64,000 bases of DNA, from assembly GCA_964344785.1 (NCBI GenBank), contig CAYFOR010000001.1, positions 22,723 through 86,722 of the forward strand, in the 5' to 3' direction. Source of the DNA: an uncultured Piscirickettsiaceae bacterium. GTDB taxonomy: Bacteria > Pseudomonadota > Gammaproteobacteria > GCF-002020875. Position 1 is the first letter of the stretch. Every line of letters starts with the position of its first letter. The notes beneath the pieces were generated by a model, which was not told the DNA's origin, searched no databases, and was given only the letters and a program-made list of their open reading frames with translations. The translations under genes were made by a program, and so were the position numbers. Positions 51,215-61,491 of this stretch are shown here, piece after piece.

Positions 51215-51991
51215 TCAGATCCCCTGGTATCGAATACCAGGATTGGTCCCCAGGTCTGCCCGGATCTGCGTTGAATTGACGCTGGCCAACCGTTTGGAAA
51301 TTTCACTGTTGGGGTCCTTGAGGTCCCCGAAAATGATCGCCCCGCTTGTGCAGCTCTCAACACACGCAGGCTGCTCACCACGATCCACACGATGTACACA
51401 CATGGTGCATGACTCAACCGTGCCCATGCCTCGTGGTGCATGGGCTCTCTGATCATGCAGTGACTCATGGATAAAGGAGCGCGCCTTGTATGGACAGGCC
51501 ATCATGCAATAACGACAACCGATACAGATATGTTTATCGACCAGAACGATGCCGTCATCCCGTTTCATTGATGCCCCGGTGGGACACACATCCACACACG
51601 GTGGGTGCTCACAATGCTGACACATCATCGGCAGCTGATTCGTATGTCCGGTCTGTGTATCACGGACAGTAACGGTTCGGATCCACTGTGCCTTCTGACG
51701 ATCACTGGAGTGCCCTTCATCACTTGATCCTGCACCCCATCCATTCTCCATCTGGCAGGCCGTTACACAATCCTTGCAGCCCTCAACACACTTGTTGGTA
51801 TCGATCAACATGCCCCAACGTACTGCACTGCTGGCTCCCTGACTGGCATCCTTTCCATCCGCATGTGCAATGGTCAACAGGGTGACACCGGGTGCAATGA
51901 CCGCTGTGGCACCCGCAGCCTGACCCAGGAAGCGACGCCGCGCGGCATCGACCACCTCTGTATCATGCTCTATATTCCTCTCCTTGCTCAT
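51215..51991 (-). CDS. dsrO: DsrO, Tat-exported ferredoxin-like 4Fe-4S protein
   Basis: RRRFLGQAAGATAV Tat motif; multiple CxxCxxC(x)nCP clusters. Confidence 0.85.
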   Translation of the reverse strand: MSKERNIEHDTEVVDAARRRFLGQAAGATAVIAPGVTLLTIAHADGKDASQGASSAVRWGMLIDTNKCVEGCKDCVTACQMENGWGAGSSDEGHSSDRQKAQWIRTVTVRDTQTGHTNQLPMMCQHCEHPPCVDVCPTGASMKRDDGIVLVDKHICIGCRYCMMACPYKARSFIHESLHDQRAHAPRGMGTVESCTMCVHRVDRGEQPACVESCTSGAIIFGDLKDPNSEISKRLASVNSTQIRADLGTNPGIRYQGI

Positions 51992-52398
51992 TTTGCTGCC
52001 CTCTCACTTTCCGGGCGGGTTGCATGACACTCGAAACAGTCCAGACTTACCGCGGTATAGGCATGACAACCCGCGCAGAATTCGCCTTCTGCATCGACCG
52101 GGATAAAATGCCCTTGATCATCCTTGTTGGCATGACAGTCAACACAGCCCTTGAGGCTACCATCGACCGGACGTATCCCCATACGAAGCGTGCGGTCACG
52201 GTCATGCTGCAACAGTTCCATATGGTTACGGCGCATCCACTCCGTCTCACGCACACAGGCATCACCGGCATTGGCACCAATTCGATGATCACGCTCTGCA
52301 CCCTCATGGCTACTGGCAAAAGAGCCAAAGCCGAGCGATGCAGTAACCAAAACGGCCAACACCATTCCCAACTGTTTAAACTGTTTAGACAACACCAT
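51988..52398 (-). CDS. dsrJ: DsrJ, periplasmic triheme cytochrome c
   Basis: Signal peptide plus three CxxCH motifs (CVDCH, CAGCH, CFECH). Confidence 0.85.
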   Translation of the reverse strand: MVLSKQFKQLGMVLAVLVTASLGFGSFASSHEGAERDHRIGANAGDACVRETEWMRRNHMELLQHDRDRTLRMGIRPVDGSLKGCVDCHANKDDQGHFIPVDAEGEFCAGCHAYTAVSLDCFECHATRPESERAAK

Positions 52399-52428
52399 TT
52401 TCGCCTCTGGATTATGGAATAGATTGGG

Positions 52429-54408
52429 TTACTCACCCAGCCCCATCTGGATATATCCTGTTGGACAGACATCTGCACAGACATGGCAGCCAACACACTT
52501 GGCATAGTCGGTATCTACATAACGGCCCAGCGTACTCTCATTTTTGCGCACCTTGAATACCGCATCCTGAGGGCAGAAGACTACACAGTTGTCACACTCG
52601 AAACACATGCCACAGCTCATGCAACGCTTTGCTTCGGCAACGGCATGATCCCTGTCGAGCCCCTGCATACGCTCTTCGAAGTTCTGCAGCACTGCCTCGG
52701 AGCCAATCTCGACAAAGCTCCGATGGTTACGTGGTTCGAAATCAAAGTGTCCCAAGAAAAGATCATTATGGGTAATAACCGAAGCAAAAGAGCGATCTTC
52801 ATAGTTGTGGATTGCAAATTTGCTATCCGAGGTGCCGCGGTGACCATCCTCCTTCTCCTTGCCGGCATTCTCGGACTCGAAATGCTCCGGCTCAAGCCCG
52901 GCACTCTTCAACTGCTCCAGCATCTGGAAGTGATGTACGTCAACCTTTGGACGAGGACGCTGCTCACTACCTTTCATGTAATCATCGATCGACTCTACAG
53001 CCACGGAAGCCTGGCCGATCGCAGTTGTCAGCAGATGAGGACGGATGATATCACCCGCCACAAAATGGCCCGGCTTGCCCTTCAGCTCGTAGTTCTTGGT
53101 GGCATCCATCAGGCCGCGACCATTACTCAGATCCTCATAACCGGTAAAGTCACCGGTCTGCCCGATTGCGGATGCGATCAGCGTACACTCCAGCACCTCT
53201 TCAGTCCCTTCAATCGGCTCCGCCTTACCAGACTCGTAACTCAACTGGACAACCTTGAGACCGGTAGCACGGCCTTCATCATCCAGCACCACCTCGACCG
53301 GGCTCAGCCCACCACGGATCTCAACACCTTCACGCAGTGCATCATCAATCTCATGCTGCGCGGCATTCATGTTCTCGACCGGCTGACGGGAGATCAGCAA
53401 CACTTCCGCACCTTCACGCGCAGCAGTTTCCGCCACATCATGCGCTGTATCTCCCATGATGACACGCTCCGGGCGATCCTTCTCATGGGTGGTCTCGATA
53501 TTACCGATACGGCGTGCAACCGAGGCCACATCGATCGAGGTATCACCACCACCGACAACCACGATCTTGCCACTGACATGCTTCAGTTTTCCTGAATTAA
53601 ATGCGGCAAGAAAATCAACACCGGTCACACAGTTCGGCGCATCCCCACCAGGGATCGGCAAACTGCGCCCAGACTGTGCGCCAATCGCCCAGAGAATCGC
53701 ATCGTACTCTTTCTCCAGCTCATCTACAGTAATATCGGTTCCAACACGGGTACTGAGTTTGATCTCCACACCCATATCAGTAATACGCTTGACCTCTCCG
53801 GCAAGCATCTCACGCGGTGTACGATATCCTGGAATACCGTAGACCATCATACCGCCCAAGGTATCGTGATCATCAAAAACGGTAGCACCATGCCCCATCT
53901 TGCGTAGCTGATAGGCTGCAGTCAGTCCGGCACAGCCGCCACCAACGATCGCTACCTTCTTTCCAGTATCTTCCCCAGCCTCAAACCCAAGGTCTGACTC
54001 CAGTGCATTATCACCGATAAACTGATCAATCGAGTTGATCCCGACGAAGTCCTCTACCTCATTCCGGTTACAACCATCCTGGCACGGTGCAGGACAGACA
54101 CGCCCCATCGTTGATGGAAATGGGTTAGCCTTGGTGTAGAGACGGAACGCATGTTCCTCCATGGTTACCCCTTCCGGTGGCGTATCGATACCACGCACGA
54201 TATCGAGCCAGCCACGGACATCATGGCCGGATGGACAGCTCGCCTGACAAGGTGGTGTCTGATGAACATATGTTGGGCATTTGTGGGTCCAGCTGGCCTG
54301 CCAGATCATCTCATCGTTGTCGTAGGATTGGACTCCCTCATCACGTGGGTAGTCCTCATAACGACGGAAGTTCAGCTTTGTGTTCATCTCATCACTTGGC
54401 GTTGCCAT
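52429..54408 (-). CDS. dsrL: DsrL, NAD(P)H:acceptor oxidoreductase (GltD-like, with C-terminal ferredoxin domain)
   Basis: 659 aa; N-terminal Fe-S Cys cluster, FAD/NAD Rossmann motifs (VAIVGGGCAGLTAA, VVVGGGDTSID), C-terminal 2x[4Fe-4S] ferredoxin (CMSCGMCFECDNC...CVGCHVCADVCP). Confidence 0.85.
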   Translation of the reverse strand: MATPSDEMNTKLNFRRYEDYPRDEGVQSYDNDEMIWQASWTHKCPTYVHQTPPCQASCPSGHDVRGWLDIVRGIDTPPEGVTMEEHAFRLYTKANPFPSTMGRVCPAPCQDGCNRNEVEDFVGINSIDQFIGDNALESDLGFEAGEDTGKKVAIVGGGCAGLTAAYQLRKMGHGATVFDDHDTLGGMMVYGIPGYRTPREMLAGEVKRITDMGVEIKLSTRVGTDITVDELEKEYDAILWAIGAQSGRSLPIPGGDAPNCVTGVDFLAAFNSGKLKHVSGKIVVVGGGDTSIDVASVARRIGNIETTHEKDRPERVIMGDTAHDVAETAAREGAEVLLISRQPVENMNAAQHEIDDALREGVEIRGGLSPVEVVLDDEGRATGLKVVQLSYESGKAEPIEGTEEVLECTLIASAIGQTGDFTGYEDLSNGRGLMDATKNYELKGKPGHFVAGDIIRPHLLTTAIGQASVAVESIDDYMKGSEQRPRPKVDVHHFQMLEQLKSAGLEPEHFESENAGKEKEDGHRGTSDSKFAIHNYEDRSFASVITHNDLFLGHFDFEPRNHRSFVEIGSEAVLQNFEERMQGLDRDHAVAEAKRCMSCGMCFECDNCVVFCPQDAVFKVRKNESTLGRYVDTDYAKCVGCHVCADVCPTGYIQMGLGE

Positions 54409-54469
54409 TATCAGATGCTCCTATCTCTGTTATAACCAATCAATTCAGTCGATTGTGCGTAATACACAA

Positions 54470-56011
54470 TCAGTCGTTGTTCTCAAATACAAGTGCGTCA
54501 CCAACCAACTGGTGGACGCTGGTAATCATATGCATCGGCATGCCATAGAACGGCAATACCTTGGTAAACTGACTCTTGCAGATCGCGCAGATTGCGGCCA
54601 GGGTATCGACCCCTTCCTCCTCTACTACCCGCTTGAGTGCATTCATTCGAGGCATTGCACCCTTGACTCGAAGTTCCATCAAATCATCCGTCAACAGGCC
54701 ACCGCCACCACCACAACAGAAGGTCTCCTCGAAAATGGTGGAATTGTCCATCTCAACATATTTGTTGACCACATTCTTGATCACGGCACGAGGAAGAATG
54801 AACTGACCGCGCTCAATGCCCCCCATACCGGCACCACGTGCAATATTGCATGAGTCGTGGAAGGTCACTGTGCGGTGGTCATTGGCGGACTTGTCGATCT
54901 TCAGCACATTGTCCTGCATCAAGCCGTAGGTATACTCAATGATGTGCTGCGGTGCCGGATAACGCGGGTCCAGCTGCTTCTGCAGCATCTGGGCATATTT
55001 ATCATCCTCGGCAGCTCCATGACCGGTACCCGCCAAGGTATTCCAGAAGCTATAGGCAACACGCCAGGCATGACCACACTCACCCACCATCACCCGCTTG
55101 ACCCCTAACTCAAGGGCCGCTGTACGAATGCGCTCAGCCACGCGCTTCATGGTAGGGTAGTTGCCGATAAACATACCGAAGTTTGCCCCTTCAGAGGCGT
55201 ACGTGCTGAGTGTCCAGCTCAAGCCGGCCTGATGGAAAACCTTGGCATAGCCCATCAACCCATCAATATGAGGCTCGGCAAAAAAGTCTGCGGAAGGCGT
55301 GATCAGCAGGACATCCGCACCCTGTTCGTCCAGCGGCATCCGAATCGGCTCGCCGGTATCGTCCTCAAGATCCTCTTCACAGTCCTCAAGGGTCGACTCC
55401 AGAGCCGGCCCCGGTAGCCCCAGGTTGTTTCCGATCTTCAGAACCTTACCCAGAATCTCATTATCATATTTCTGACCATAGCCAACGGCATCAAGAATAT
55501 CACGGGCCGCCATGGTGATCTCAGCAGTATCAATGCCATATGGACAGAAGACCGAACAGCGCCTACATTCAGAGCATTGATGGTAGTAGCTATGCCACTC
55601 ATCCAGCGTTTCACGGGTCAGCTCCTCTGCACCCACCAGATTGGGGAAGTACTTACCGGCAAATGTAAAGTAGCGACGATAGACATTGCGCAACAGATCC
55701 TGGCGTGCAACCGGCATATTCTTCGGATCACTGGTCCCGAGGAAATAGTGGCATTTATCCGTACAGGAGCCGCAGTGGACACAGATATCCAGAAAAAGTT
55801 TGAAGCTGAGAGAGGTCTTGCTCAGCTCATCCATCTTCGCCAACGCCTGCTCGTGCCAGTTTTCCACCAGCTCACCGGGGAAATTGAGAGGCGTTTGGTG
55901 CTCAGGCTTCGCCACAAATGGCGAGGAGCCGGACATAACCCCCTCCTGCAGCACAGGGATATTAAGGTGATCGGTTAGCGCCGGAGTATCGAAATCAACT
56001 TTCTTAGCCAC
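54470..56011 (-). CDS. dsrK: DsrK, HdrD-like catalytic subunit with CCG domains
   Basis: Ferredoxin-like Cys clusters plus a CCGGGGG motif. Start placed at GTG 56011 directly after the dsrM stop (RBS GGAGAAA); the track ORF extends to 56038. Confidence 0.8.
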   Translation of the reverse strand: MAKKVDFDTPALTDHLNIPVLQEGVMSGSSPFVAKPEHQTPLNFPGELVENWHEQALAKMDELSKTSLSFKLFLDICVHCGSCTDKCHYFLGTSDPKNMPVARQDLLRNVYRRYFTFAGKYFPNLVGAEELTRETLDEWHSYYHQCSECRRCSVFCPYGIDTAEITMAARDILDAVGYGQKYDNEILGKVLKIGNNLGLPGPALESTLEDCEEDLEDDTGEPIRMPLDEQGADVLLITPSADFFAEPHIDGLMGYAKVFHQAGLSWTLSTYASEGANFGMFIGNYPTMKRVAERIRTAALELGVKRVMVGECGHAWRVAYSFWNTLAGTGHGAAEDDKYAQMLQKQLDPRYPAPQHIIEYTYGLMQDNVLKIDKSANDHRTVTFHDSCNIARGAGMGGIERGQFILPRAVIKNVVNKYVEMDNSTIFEETFCCGGGGGLLTDDLMELRVKGAMPRMNALKRVVEEEGVDTLAAICAICKSQFTKVLPFYGMPMHMITSVHQLVGDALVFENND

Positions 56012-56013
56012 GA

Positions 56014-56736
56014 TTATTTCTCCATCTCTGCAGCCCATGGAGCGATATGGCGCCGCTCACGGGAATCGTCGATCTGGTTCCTCGTTGGACTGAAAAAGAT
56101 ACCAGGGGCGTGCATCAATTTACTGATCGGAAAAATCACCATCAGGACAATCACCAGCAAAAGATGAATAATCAGTATCGGATCACTCGGCATAGGATTG
56201 AATTCAAAGGTATACAGCCCGGTCATGAACTGCTTGAGCGCGACGATATCCGTATGGATCACCTGGGTCATCATCAGTCCACTCACACCGATCCCCAGCA
56301 AAAGCACCAGCATCAGATGGTCTGAAGGAGTACTGATATAGCGAATCCGCTCTACGATAAACCGTCTTGCCCAGAGGCCTGCCAGACCGATTACCATCGC
56401 AAAGCCACCATACTTACCGAACGGCTGGACAATCTCGGTAATAAACCAGGGACTCTCTTGAAAGTAGCGGCCATGTCGCAACAGCACCAGAAAAAGTGCC
56501 ATATGGAACATCCAGCCAAATATCCAGATCCACTTATTGGAACGGAACAGGCTTTCAAACAGTACCAGTTCACGCCCCATCCGGTAGACCATCCCACTTT
56601 GAGTGCGCGGTGCCGGCATGGTTGGAATCTTGAGTGGTGCTGGGGTCTGCCAGTAGTCAATCACCCGCTTCACAACCCCCACCACAAGTATGGCGGTCGC
56701 AGCATAAAAAAGTATGGCAAATAGTGCGGTCAACAT
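56014..56736 (-). CDS. dsrM: DsrM, NarI-like dihaem cytochrome b membrane subunit
   Basis: 240 aa, five TM helices with conserved His, follows dsrC. Confidence 0.8.
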   Translation of the reverse strand: MLTALFAILFYAATAILVVGVVKRVIDYWQTPAPLKIPTMPAPRTQSGMVYRMGRELVLFESLFRSNKWIWIFGWMFHMALFLVLLRHGRYFQESPWFITEIVQPFGKYGGFAMVIGLAGLWARRFIVERIRYISTPSDHLMLVLLLGIGVSGLMMTQVIHTDIVALKQFMTGLYTFEFNPMPSDPILIIHLLLVIVLMVIFPISKLMHAPGIFFSPTRNQIDDSRERRHIAPWAAEMEK

Positions 56737-56828
56737 ATACCGTTCGCCTCCGCGATCATCTCGATTCCATCAAATAGAGTGTCAGCCATCCAAGGCCAGA
56801 CCGACACCATAAACTCAGCACCCGAACA

Positions 56829-56852
56829 GGAGGCGGATCGATCTCCGCCTCC
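56829..56852 (-). other. GC-rich stem-loop in the dsrC-dsrM spacer (intra-operon attenuator / RNA stability or processing element)
   Basis: ggaggcgga-tcgatc-tccgcctcc: a perfect 9-bp G+C stem with a 6-nt loop, ~45 nt after the dsrC stop, with no following U-tract. Confidence 0.4.
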
Positions 56853-56896
56853 GGCTCTCTTGGTCAGCTAAAAGTACAATCAATCAGTACTTAAGT

Positions 56897-57232
56897 TTAG
56901 ATACAGCCAGTTGGCTTGGGCAAACCACCAATCTTACAGGCCTGTTTTGCTGGACCATATGGGAACAGCTCATAGAGATACTTGCTGTTACCCTTATCCT
57001 TGCCCAGCTTCTTGCCGATCGCCTTGGTCAATACACGCACGGCCGGTGCAATCTGATACTCGTCATAATACTCACGTAGGAAGTCAATCACCTCCCAATG
57101 TGCATCAGTCAACTCGACCTCTTCAGTCTCGGCCAGCGCAGAAGCGATGTCCTTGTTCCAATCGTTGATATCTACCAGATAACCTTCCTCATCAACTTCA
57201 ACCGAATTACCGCTTACGTCCATATTTGGCAT
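56897..57232 (-). CDS. dsrC: DsrC, sulfur-carrier substrate protein of DsrAB/DsrMK
   Basis: 111 aa; TusE/DsrC fold with the two-cysteine C-terminal arm ...KQACKIGGLPKPTGCI. Confidence 0.9.
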   Translation of the reverse strand: MPNMDVSGNSVEVDEEGYLVDINDWNKDIASALAETEEVELTDAHWEVIDFLREYYDEYQIAPAVRVLTKAIGKKLGKDKGNSKYLYELFPYGPAKQACKIGGLPKPTGCI

Positions 57233-57348
57233 AATATTTTCTCCTACTTACTTGTTTGCTAATATCTACTCAATAATCTAAAGCCCAAAACCCTGAAATC
57301 ACAAATATAAGACACAAGGCAACAGGCTGGCAGCGACAATGTCGTCCG

Positions 57349-57639
57349 CTATACCCAGGATTGAACCTTTTCGTTATCTGTTACCAGATCAACAAACCCT
57401 GCATAGTCAATGGTCTCAATCCCATCGGCCAGATTACTTTCAATCCCACGTGCCGCAACATCACTCTGCAGCGCTACTACCTTGGGTCCTGCAGTAAGCT
57501 TGTCGGCAACACTGCTTCCCTTCAACGCGGCATAGACGCCGTCCTCGATCAGGAGAATAGTGCTCTCACTCGTCGCGTGCGCCACACAGGAACTGAAGGC
57601 ATCCTTTTCAAAAGGTGATTTGTTTACAATATGAAGCAT
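57349..57639 (-). CDS. dsrH: DsrH (TusB-like)
   Basis: 96 aa, follows dsrF, DsrH/TusB size and layout. Confidence 0.75.
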   Translation of the reverse strand: MLHIVNKSPFEKDAFSSCVAHATSESTILLIEDGVYAALKGSSVADKLTAGPKVVALQSDVAARGIESNLADGIETIDYAGFVDLVTDNEKVQSWV

Positions 57640-57651
57640 GTTTGTACTCCC

Positions 57652-58065
57652 TTAGAAACTGAGGACAACATCACTCTCTTCCATGAGATTACGAATCTCA
57701 TCGGCAGAGACCAGACGAATAGAGGACTTTTCAGCCCAGTCGTCATCTTCATCCTCATAGGTCAGCTCCATCAGATCATCAATCGTCAATCCACGAGCTT
57801 CCAATGATTCCTTCTCGACATAGATCTTGTTTACATCGTAATCACCCAACGCATTATAGGTTGGAGAGAAGTTCTTCATCCCTGAAGCCTCGGTACTCTG
57901 ACCCTTTTTGATCTGAAACACACCGTCATCCATGAAGACCAGACTCACATCCTGATCAAATGCAGCACCAATCAACACCACCTCGAGTGACTCCAGTGCG
58001 TAGACGGTGCCATATGGAGCCTTGCGGTTGACGTAGAGAAATTTTTTCACATCAGACATTTCCAC
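57652..58065 (-). CDS. dsrF: DsrF (TusC-like)
   Basis: 137 aa, follows dsrE. Confidence 0.75.
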   Translation of the reverse strand: MEMSDVKKFLYVNRKAPYGTVYALESLEVVLIGAAFDQDVSLVFMDDGVFQIKKGQSTEASGMKNFSPTYNALGDYDVNKIYVEKESLEARGLTIDDLMELTYEDEDDDWAEKSSIRLVSADEIRNLMEESDVVLSF

Positions 58066-58075
58066 TACTCCTTAA

Positions 58076-58468
58076 TTAATCACCGAAGACAACCAGACGG
58101 TCAGACTGAATACCTGCCTCAATCAACTGACCAAGACCCGAAATACGAAAGCCATCCATGATATTGGTAGCATCCTTGCCGTTCCGCTCTGCCTCACCAT
58201 CATCCACAATCCCACGGCGCTGGGCTGCTGCCACACAGACCACCAGATCTACATCGTGCTCCTTGGCCAGATCACTCCAACGCTGCTGCACATTACGGTC
58301 ATCCTGTGGGGGAGTAGCCAGACGGGTACCGTTATTGACTCCATCATGGTAGAAGAAGACACGAAAGATTTCGTGCCCCTTCTCCAAGGCTGCCTTGACA
58401 AAATTATAGGCACTATCAGAAGACTGATGCTGATAGGGTCCTTCGTTAACCTGAACAGAAATTTTCAT
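58076..58468 (-). CDS. dsrE: DsrE (TusD-like, active-site Cys)
   Basis: 130 aa DsrE/TusD fold, follows dsrB. Confidence 0.8.
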   Translation of the reverse strand: MKISVQVNEGPYQHQSSDSAYNFVKAALEKGHEIFRVFFYHDGVNNGTRLATPPQDDRNVQQRWSDLAKEHDVDLVVCVAAAQRRGIVDDGEAERNGKDATNIMDGFRISGLGQLIEAGIQSDRLVVFGD

Positions 58469-58532
58469 TCCAATTGATTCCTTACTCTGTTTTTCCTATA
58501 TCCAATTATTACTGAGAGGCATCTCAGTACAT

Positions 58533-59606
58533 TCAGAAACGGATATGTGCAGAGTTGTTCAGGCTGGCACGAGCACCACGCCAAGTATCGATATGGTACT
58601 TGGTAAACGGCAGACCGGTCTTTTCGAAAAACTTCGGCCAACCAATCCGCTCAGCCCACTCACCCATACGTTCCCAATCCTTGGCATCCTCTTTATAGAC
58701 CTTCAGAATCTTCAAGACGATCTCGGATATTTCAGGCCAGCGTGGCGGATTATTGGGGATACCTGCGGCAACCAGCTTATGGAAACTCGGCTTGCTACGG
58801 GCATTGGAGTGCTTGCCGCCTACCCAGATGGCCAGCTTGGAGTGCTCCGGATCGTTGATCAGCATCGGCGGACACGGAGGGAAGCAGGCACCACAGCAGA
58901 CACACTTTTTCTCATCCACCTCAAGTGAAGGCTTGCCATTCACCATTGCAGGGCGAATCGCTGCAACCGGGCAACGCGCAACTACCGATGGGCGCTCGCA
59001 GACACCCGATACCAGGTCATGATTGATCTTGGGCGGCTTGGTATGCTGGATATTGATTGCAATATCACCCTGACCACCACAGTTGATCTGGCAACAGGAA
59101 GAGGTGATCTTCACTCGGTTAGGCATATCCTCCTTGGTGAACTCCTCATACAGATCATCCATCAGCGCCTTTACCGCGCCCGATGCATCCGTACCAGGAA
59201 TATCACAGTGCATCCACCCCTGAGTGTGCGAAATACTGGTTACAGAAGGTCCGGTACCACCGACCGGGAAGCCCTCCTCGTTCAGGCGGTCAATCAGCGG
59301 TTCTACGCGGCTCTCATCCTTACAGAGGTATTCAACATTGTTACGTGTGGTGAAACGCAGGTAACCATCGCTGAATTCATCAGCAATATCTGCCAGCAGA
59401 CGGATGGTGTATACATCCAATTGACGCTGGGTACCACAGCGAACGCTCCAAATCTCATCACCACTCTTTGCAACGTGGTGAAGCACACCCGGACGTGGGC
59501 GGTCATGGAATTTCCATGCACCGTAGTTCTCCTTCATGATCGGGTGGATAAATGGGGTTGCGTCTGGTACACCCGTCTCTTCCGGCATGCGTGGTGCTTC
59601 TGCCAT
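58533..59606 (-). CDS. dsrB: Dissimilatory sulfite reductase beta subunit (reverse/oxidative type)
   Basis: 357 aa; ferredoxin insert CVCCGACFPPCP; collinear with DsrB. Confidence 0.9.
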   Translation of the reverse strand: MAEAPRMPEETGVPDATPFIHPIMKENYGAWKFHDRPRPGVLHHVAKSGDEIWSVRCGTQRQLDVYTIRLLADIADEFSDGYLRFTTRNNVEYLCKDESRVEPLIDRLNEEGFPVGGTGPSVTSISHTQGWMHCDIPGTDASGAVKALMDDLYEEFTKEDMPNRVKITSSCCQINCGGQGDIAINIQHTKPPKINHDLVSGVCERPSVVARCPVAAIRPAMVNGKPSLEVDEKKCVCCGACFPPCPPMLINDPEHSKLAIWVGGKHSNARSKPSFHKLVAAGIPNNPPRWPEISEIVLKILKVYKEDAKDWERMGEWAERIGWPKFFEKTGLPFTKYHIDTWRGARASLNNSAHIRF

Positions 59607-59665
59607 ATCTCTTCTCCAATTACTCTATGGTTGAATTCAGTTTCGTCAGTACGTAATAGTCAGGC

Positions 59666-61015
59666 TTATGCGCTCTTGCGCTCATTCCACTTGGCTACCT
59701 CCTCATCCCAGCCATCCATACGGACATAGGAGGATTGACGTGGGTTGTCGACCATCTCAGGCTCGACCTCAAGACCCATACCCTCCAGGTAGGCCGGCAG
59801 GCCGATTCGCTCGATCATCTCACCGGAACGCTCATGCTCCAGTGCATTCTCGGCAAAGAAGTCGACGTGGTTCTCGGAGAGCTCGATGAACTCTTCGATC
59901 TGCTCCTCGGTCTCCACCTTCATGAACGGAACAATCACGGTACCGAAGGTGTCACCAATCTTCAGTGTACGCTTGCCGCCCATCAGAATGGTGATCCCCT
60001 TGTCATCACCCTGTGCCAGAATGGCGTCACCATCCTTGCCTACATATTTCTGACTGACTGAGGAGACCACATTGATACAGTGCATGCAGCGTACACACTG
60101 ACTGTTTTCGATGGTCAGGCTATTGTCATCGGCCATCTCCATGCATTGACCGGGGCAGCGGCTGATCACGTTGTCCATCACATGCTTCACGCCTTTGTCG
60201 GCCACGTAGGCCTTCCACCCTTCCTGGTTGATCTTGATATCATCACGCCAGGTACCGATCACCGCCATATCCGCACGCTGGATTGAATTGGTGCAGTCGT
60301 TGGGGCAGCCGGAGAACTTCCACTTCATCTTGTAGGGCAACGCCGGACGGTGCATGTCATCAAGGAAGCTGTTAACGGTGGTGCGCTGCAGATTGCCCTC
60401 ATCGAAGCAGGACTGCTCGCAGCGGGCCGCACCGACACAGGCCACTGAGGTACGTACCGCAGGGCCGGCACCACCGAGATCAAAGGCCAGATCATCGGCG
60501 ATATCCTTGAAGTTCTCGGCATCGTTGAACTTGTCGAAGGCGACCTGTACGCCATCGGTATCGGCACCCTGAAACATGATGTCACCCGACTGCCCATGCA
60601 GGGCAATCAGACCGGTGCCGGTCTCTTCCCAGAGATCACACATACGACGCAGCAGCGCAGAGTTATAATGGTTGCCCCAAGGTGGCATGATACGCAGTGT
60701 GTGGAACTCCAGCGCATCGGGGTACATGGTCTCGCCCTTCTCATCCTTCAGCTCGGAGAAGCGGGGGATAATACCGCCACCATAACCAATCACACCCACC
60801 GTACCGCCCTTCCAGTAGCCGCGACGGTTGATGAAGGACTGCTCCAGCGTACCGATGACGCCGCGCATCATCTTGGCCTGCAGGGCATCGCCGGTAGCCA
60901 GACGCTTCAGGCCGGAGACATAGCTTGGCCATGGGCCCTTTTCCAACTCGTCCAGATTCGGGGTGGGAATATCCAGCTCAGGGCTGACCGCGTTTAGCTT
61001 GGTTTTCTCTGACAT
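59666..61015 (-). CDS. dsrA: Dissimilatory sulfite reductase alpha subunit
   Basis: 449 aa; LEKGPWPSYVSG N-terminus, sirohaem-[4Fe-4S] Cys motifs (CVGAARCE, CPNDC), CVRCMHCIN ferredoxin motif identical to A. vinosum DsrA. Confidence 0.9.
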   Translation of the reverse strand: MSEKTKLNAVSPELDIPTPNLDELEKGPWPSYVSGLKRLATGDALQAKMMRGVIGTLEQSFINRRGYWKGGTVGVIGYGGGIIPRFSELKDEKGETMYPDALEFHTLRIMPPWGNHYNSALLRRMCDLWEETGTGLIALHGQSGDIMFQGADTDGVQVAFDKFNDAENFKDIADDLAFDLGGAGPAVRTSVACVGAARCEQSCFDEGNLQRTTVNSFLDDMHRPALPYKMKWKFSGCPNDCTNSIQRADMAVIGTWRDDIKINQEGWKAYVADKGVKHVMDNVISRCPGQCMEMADDNSLTIENSQCVRCMHCINVVSSVSQKYVGKDGDAILAQGDDKGITILMGGKRTLKIGDTFGTVIVPFMKVETEEQIEEFIELSENHVDFFAENALEHERSGEMIERIGLPAYLEGMGLEVEPEMVDNPRQSSYVRMDGWDEEVAKWNERKSA

Positions 61016-61491
61016 TTGTAAGGCGCTCCTTAACGTTTACCAGTCAATACACGTTTGTTTCATTACTCCTCTCCGGCCTTGGGAAATCAATGCCTCTGCC
61101 ATGACCAGAGAAGTACTGTTCTTTACGATGTTCGATCACCACGATTGAGCCGATACTCATCGACTCATCTCGAATGGAGCACGAAGTATGTCAGAGCACT
61201 TTTTTCGATTCAACGCCGATTCAACACGCAATCGGGATACCCCATCTATCCCCAATGGGATACTTCATTATCGTTTCATAATAAAATCATGATATTAATG
61301 ATCGATACAAATTAAGCATATAATCTCCCCTCTTGTATTTGGGAAAAAAACCCTTAATCTACAGTAAAAAAGTTGGTTATTAATGTAACTGCATACACGT
61401 TCCACAACCCGGCTTGGCAACCGTTCAGGCAGCCCATGGAACACAACATTGTAAAGATAAACATATTTTGAATATTCCAGAGTGAGCCAGG
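61016..61491. promoter_or_regulatory. Divergent regulatory region / long dsrA leader
   Basis: A 476-nt AT-rich non-coding gap between dsrA and the divergent plus-strand genes. It carries direct repeats CGATTCAAC x2 (11-nt period) and GGGATAC x2. Confidence 0.4.
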
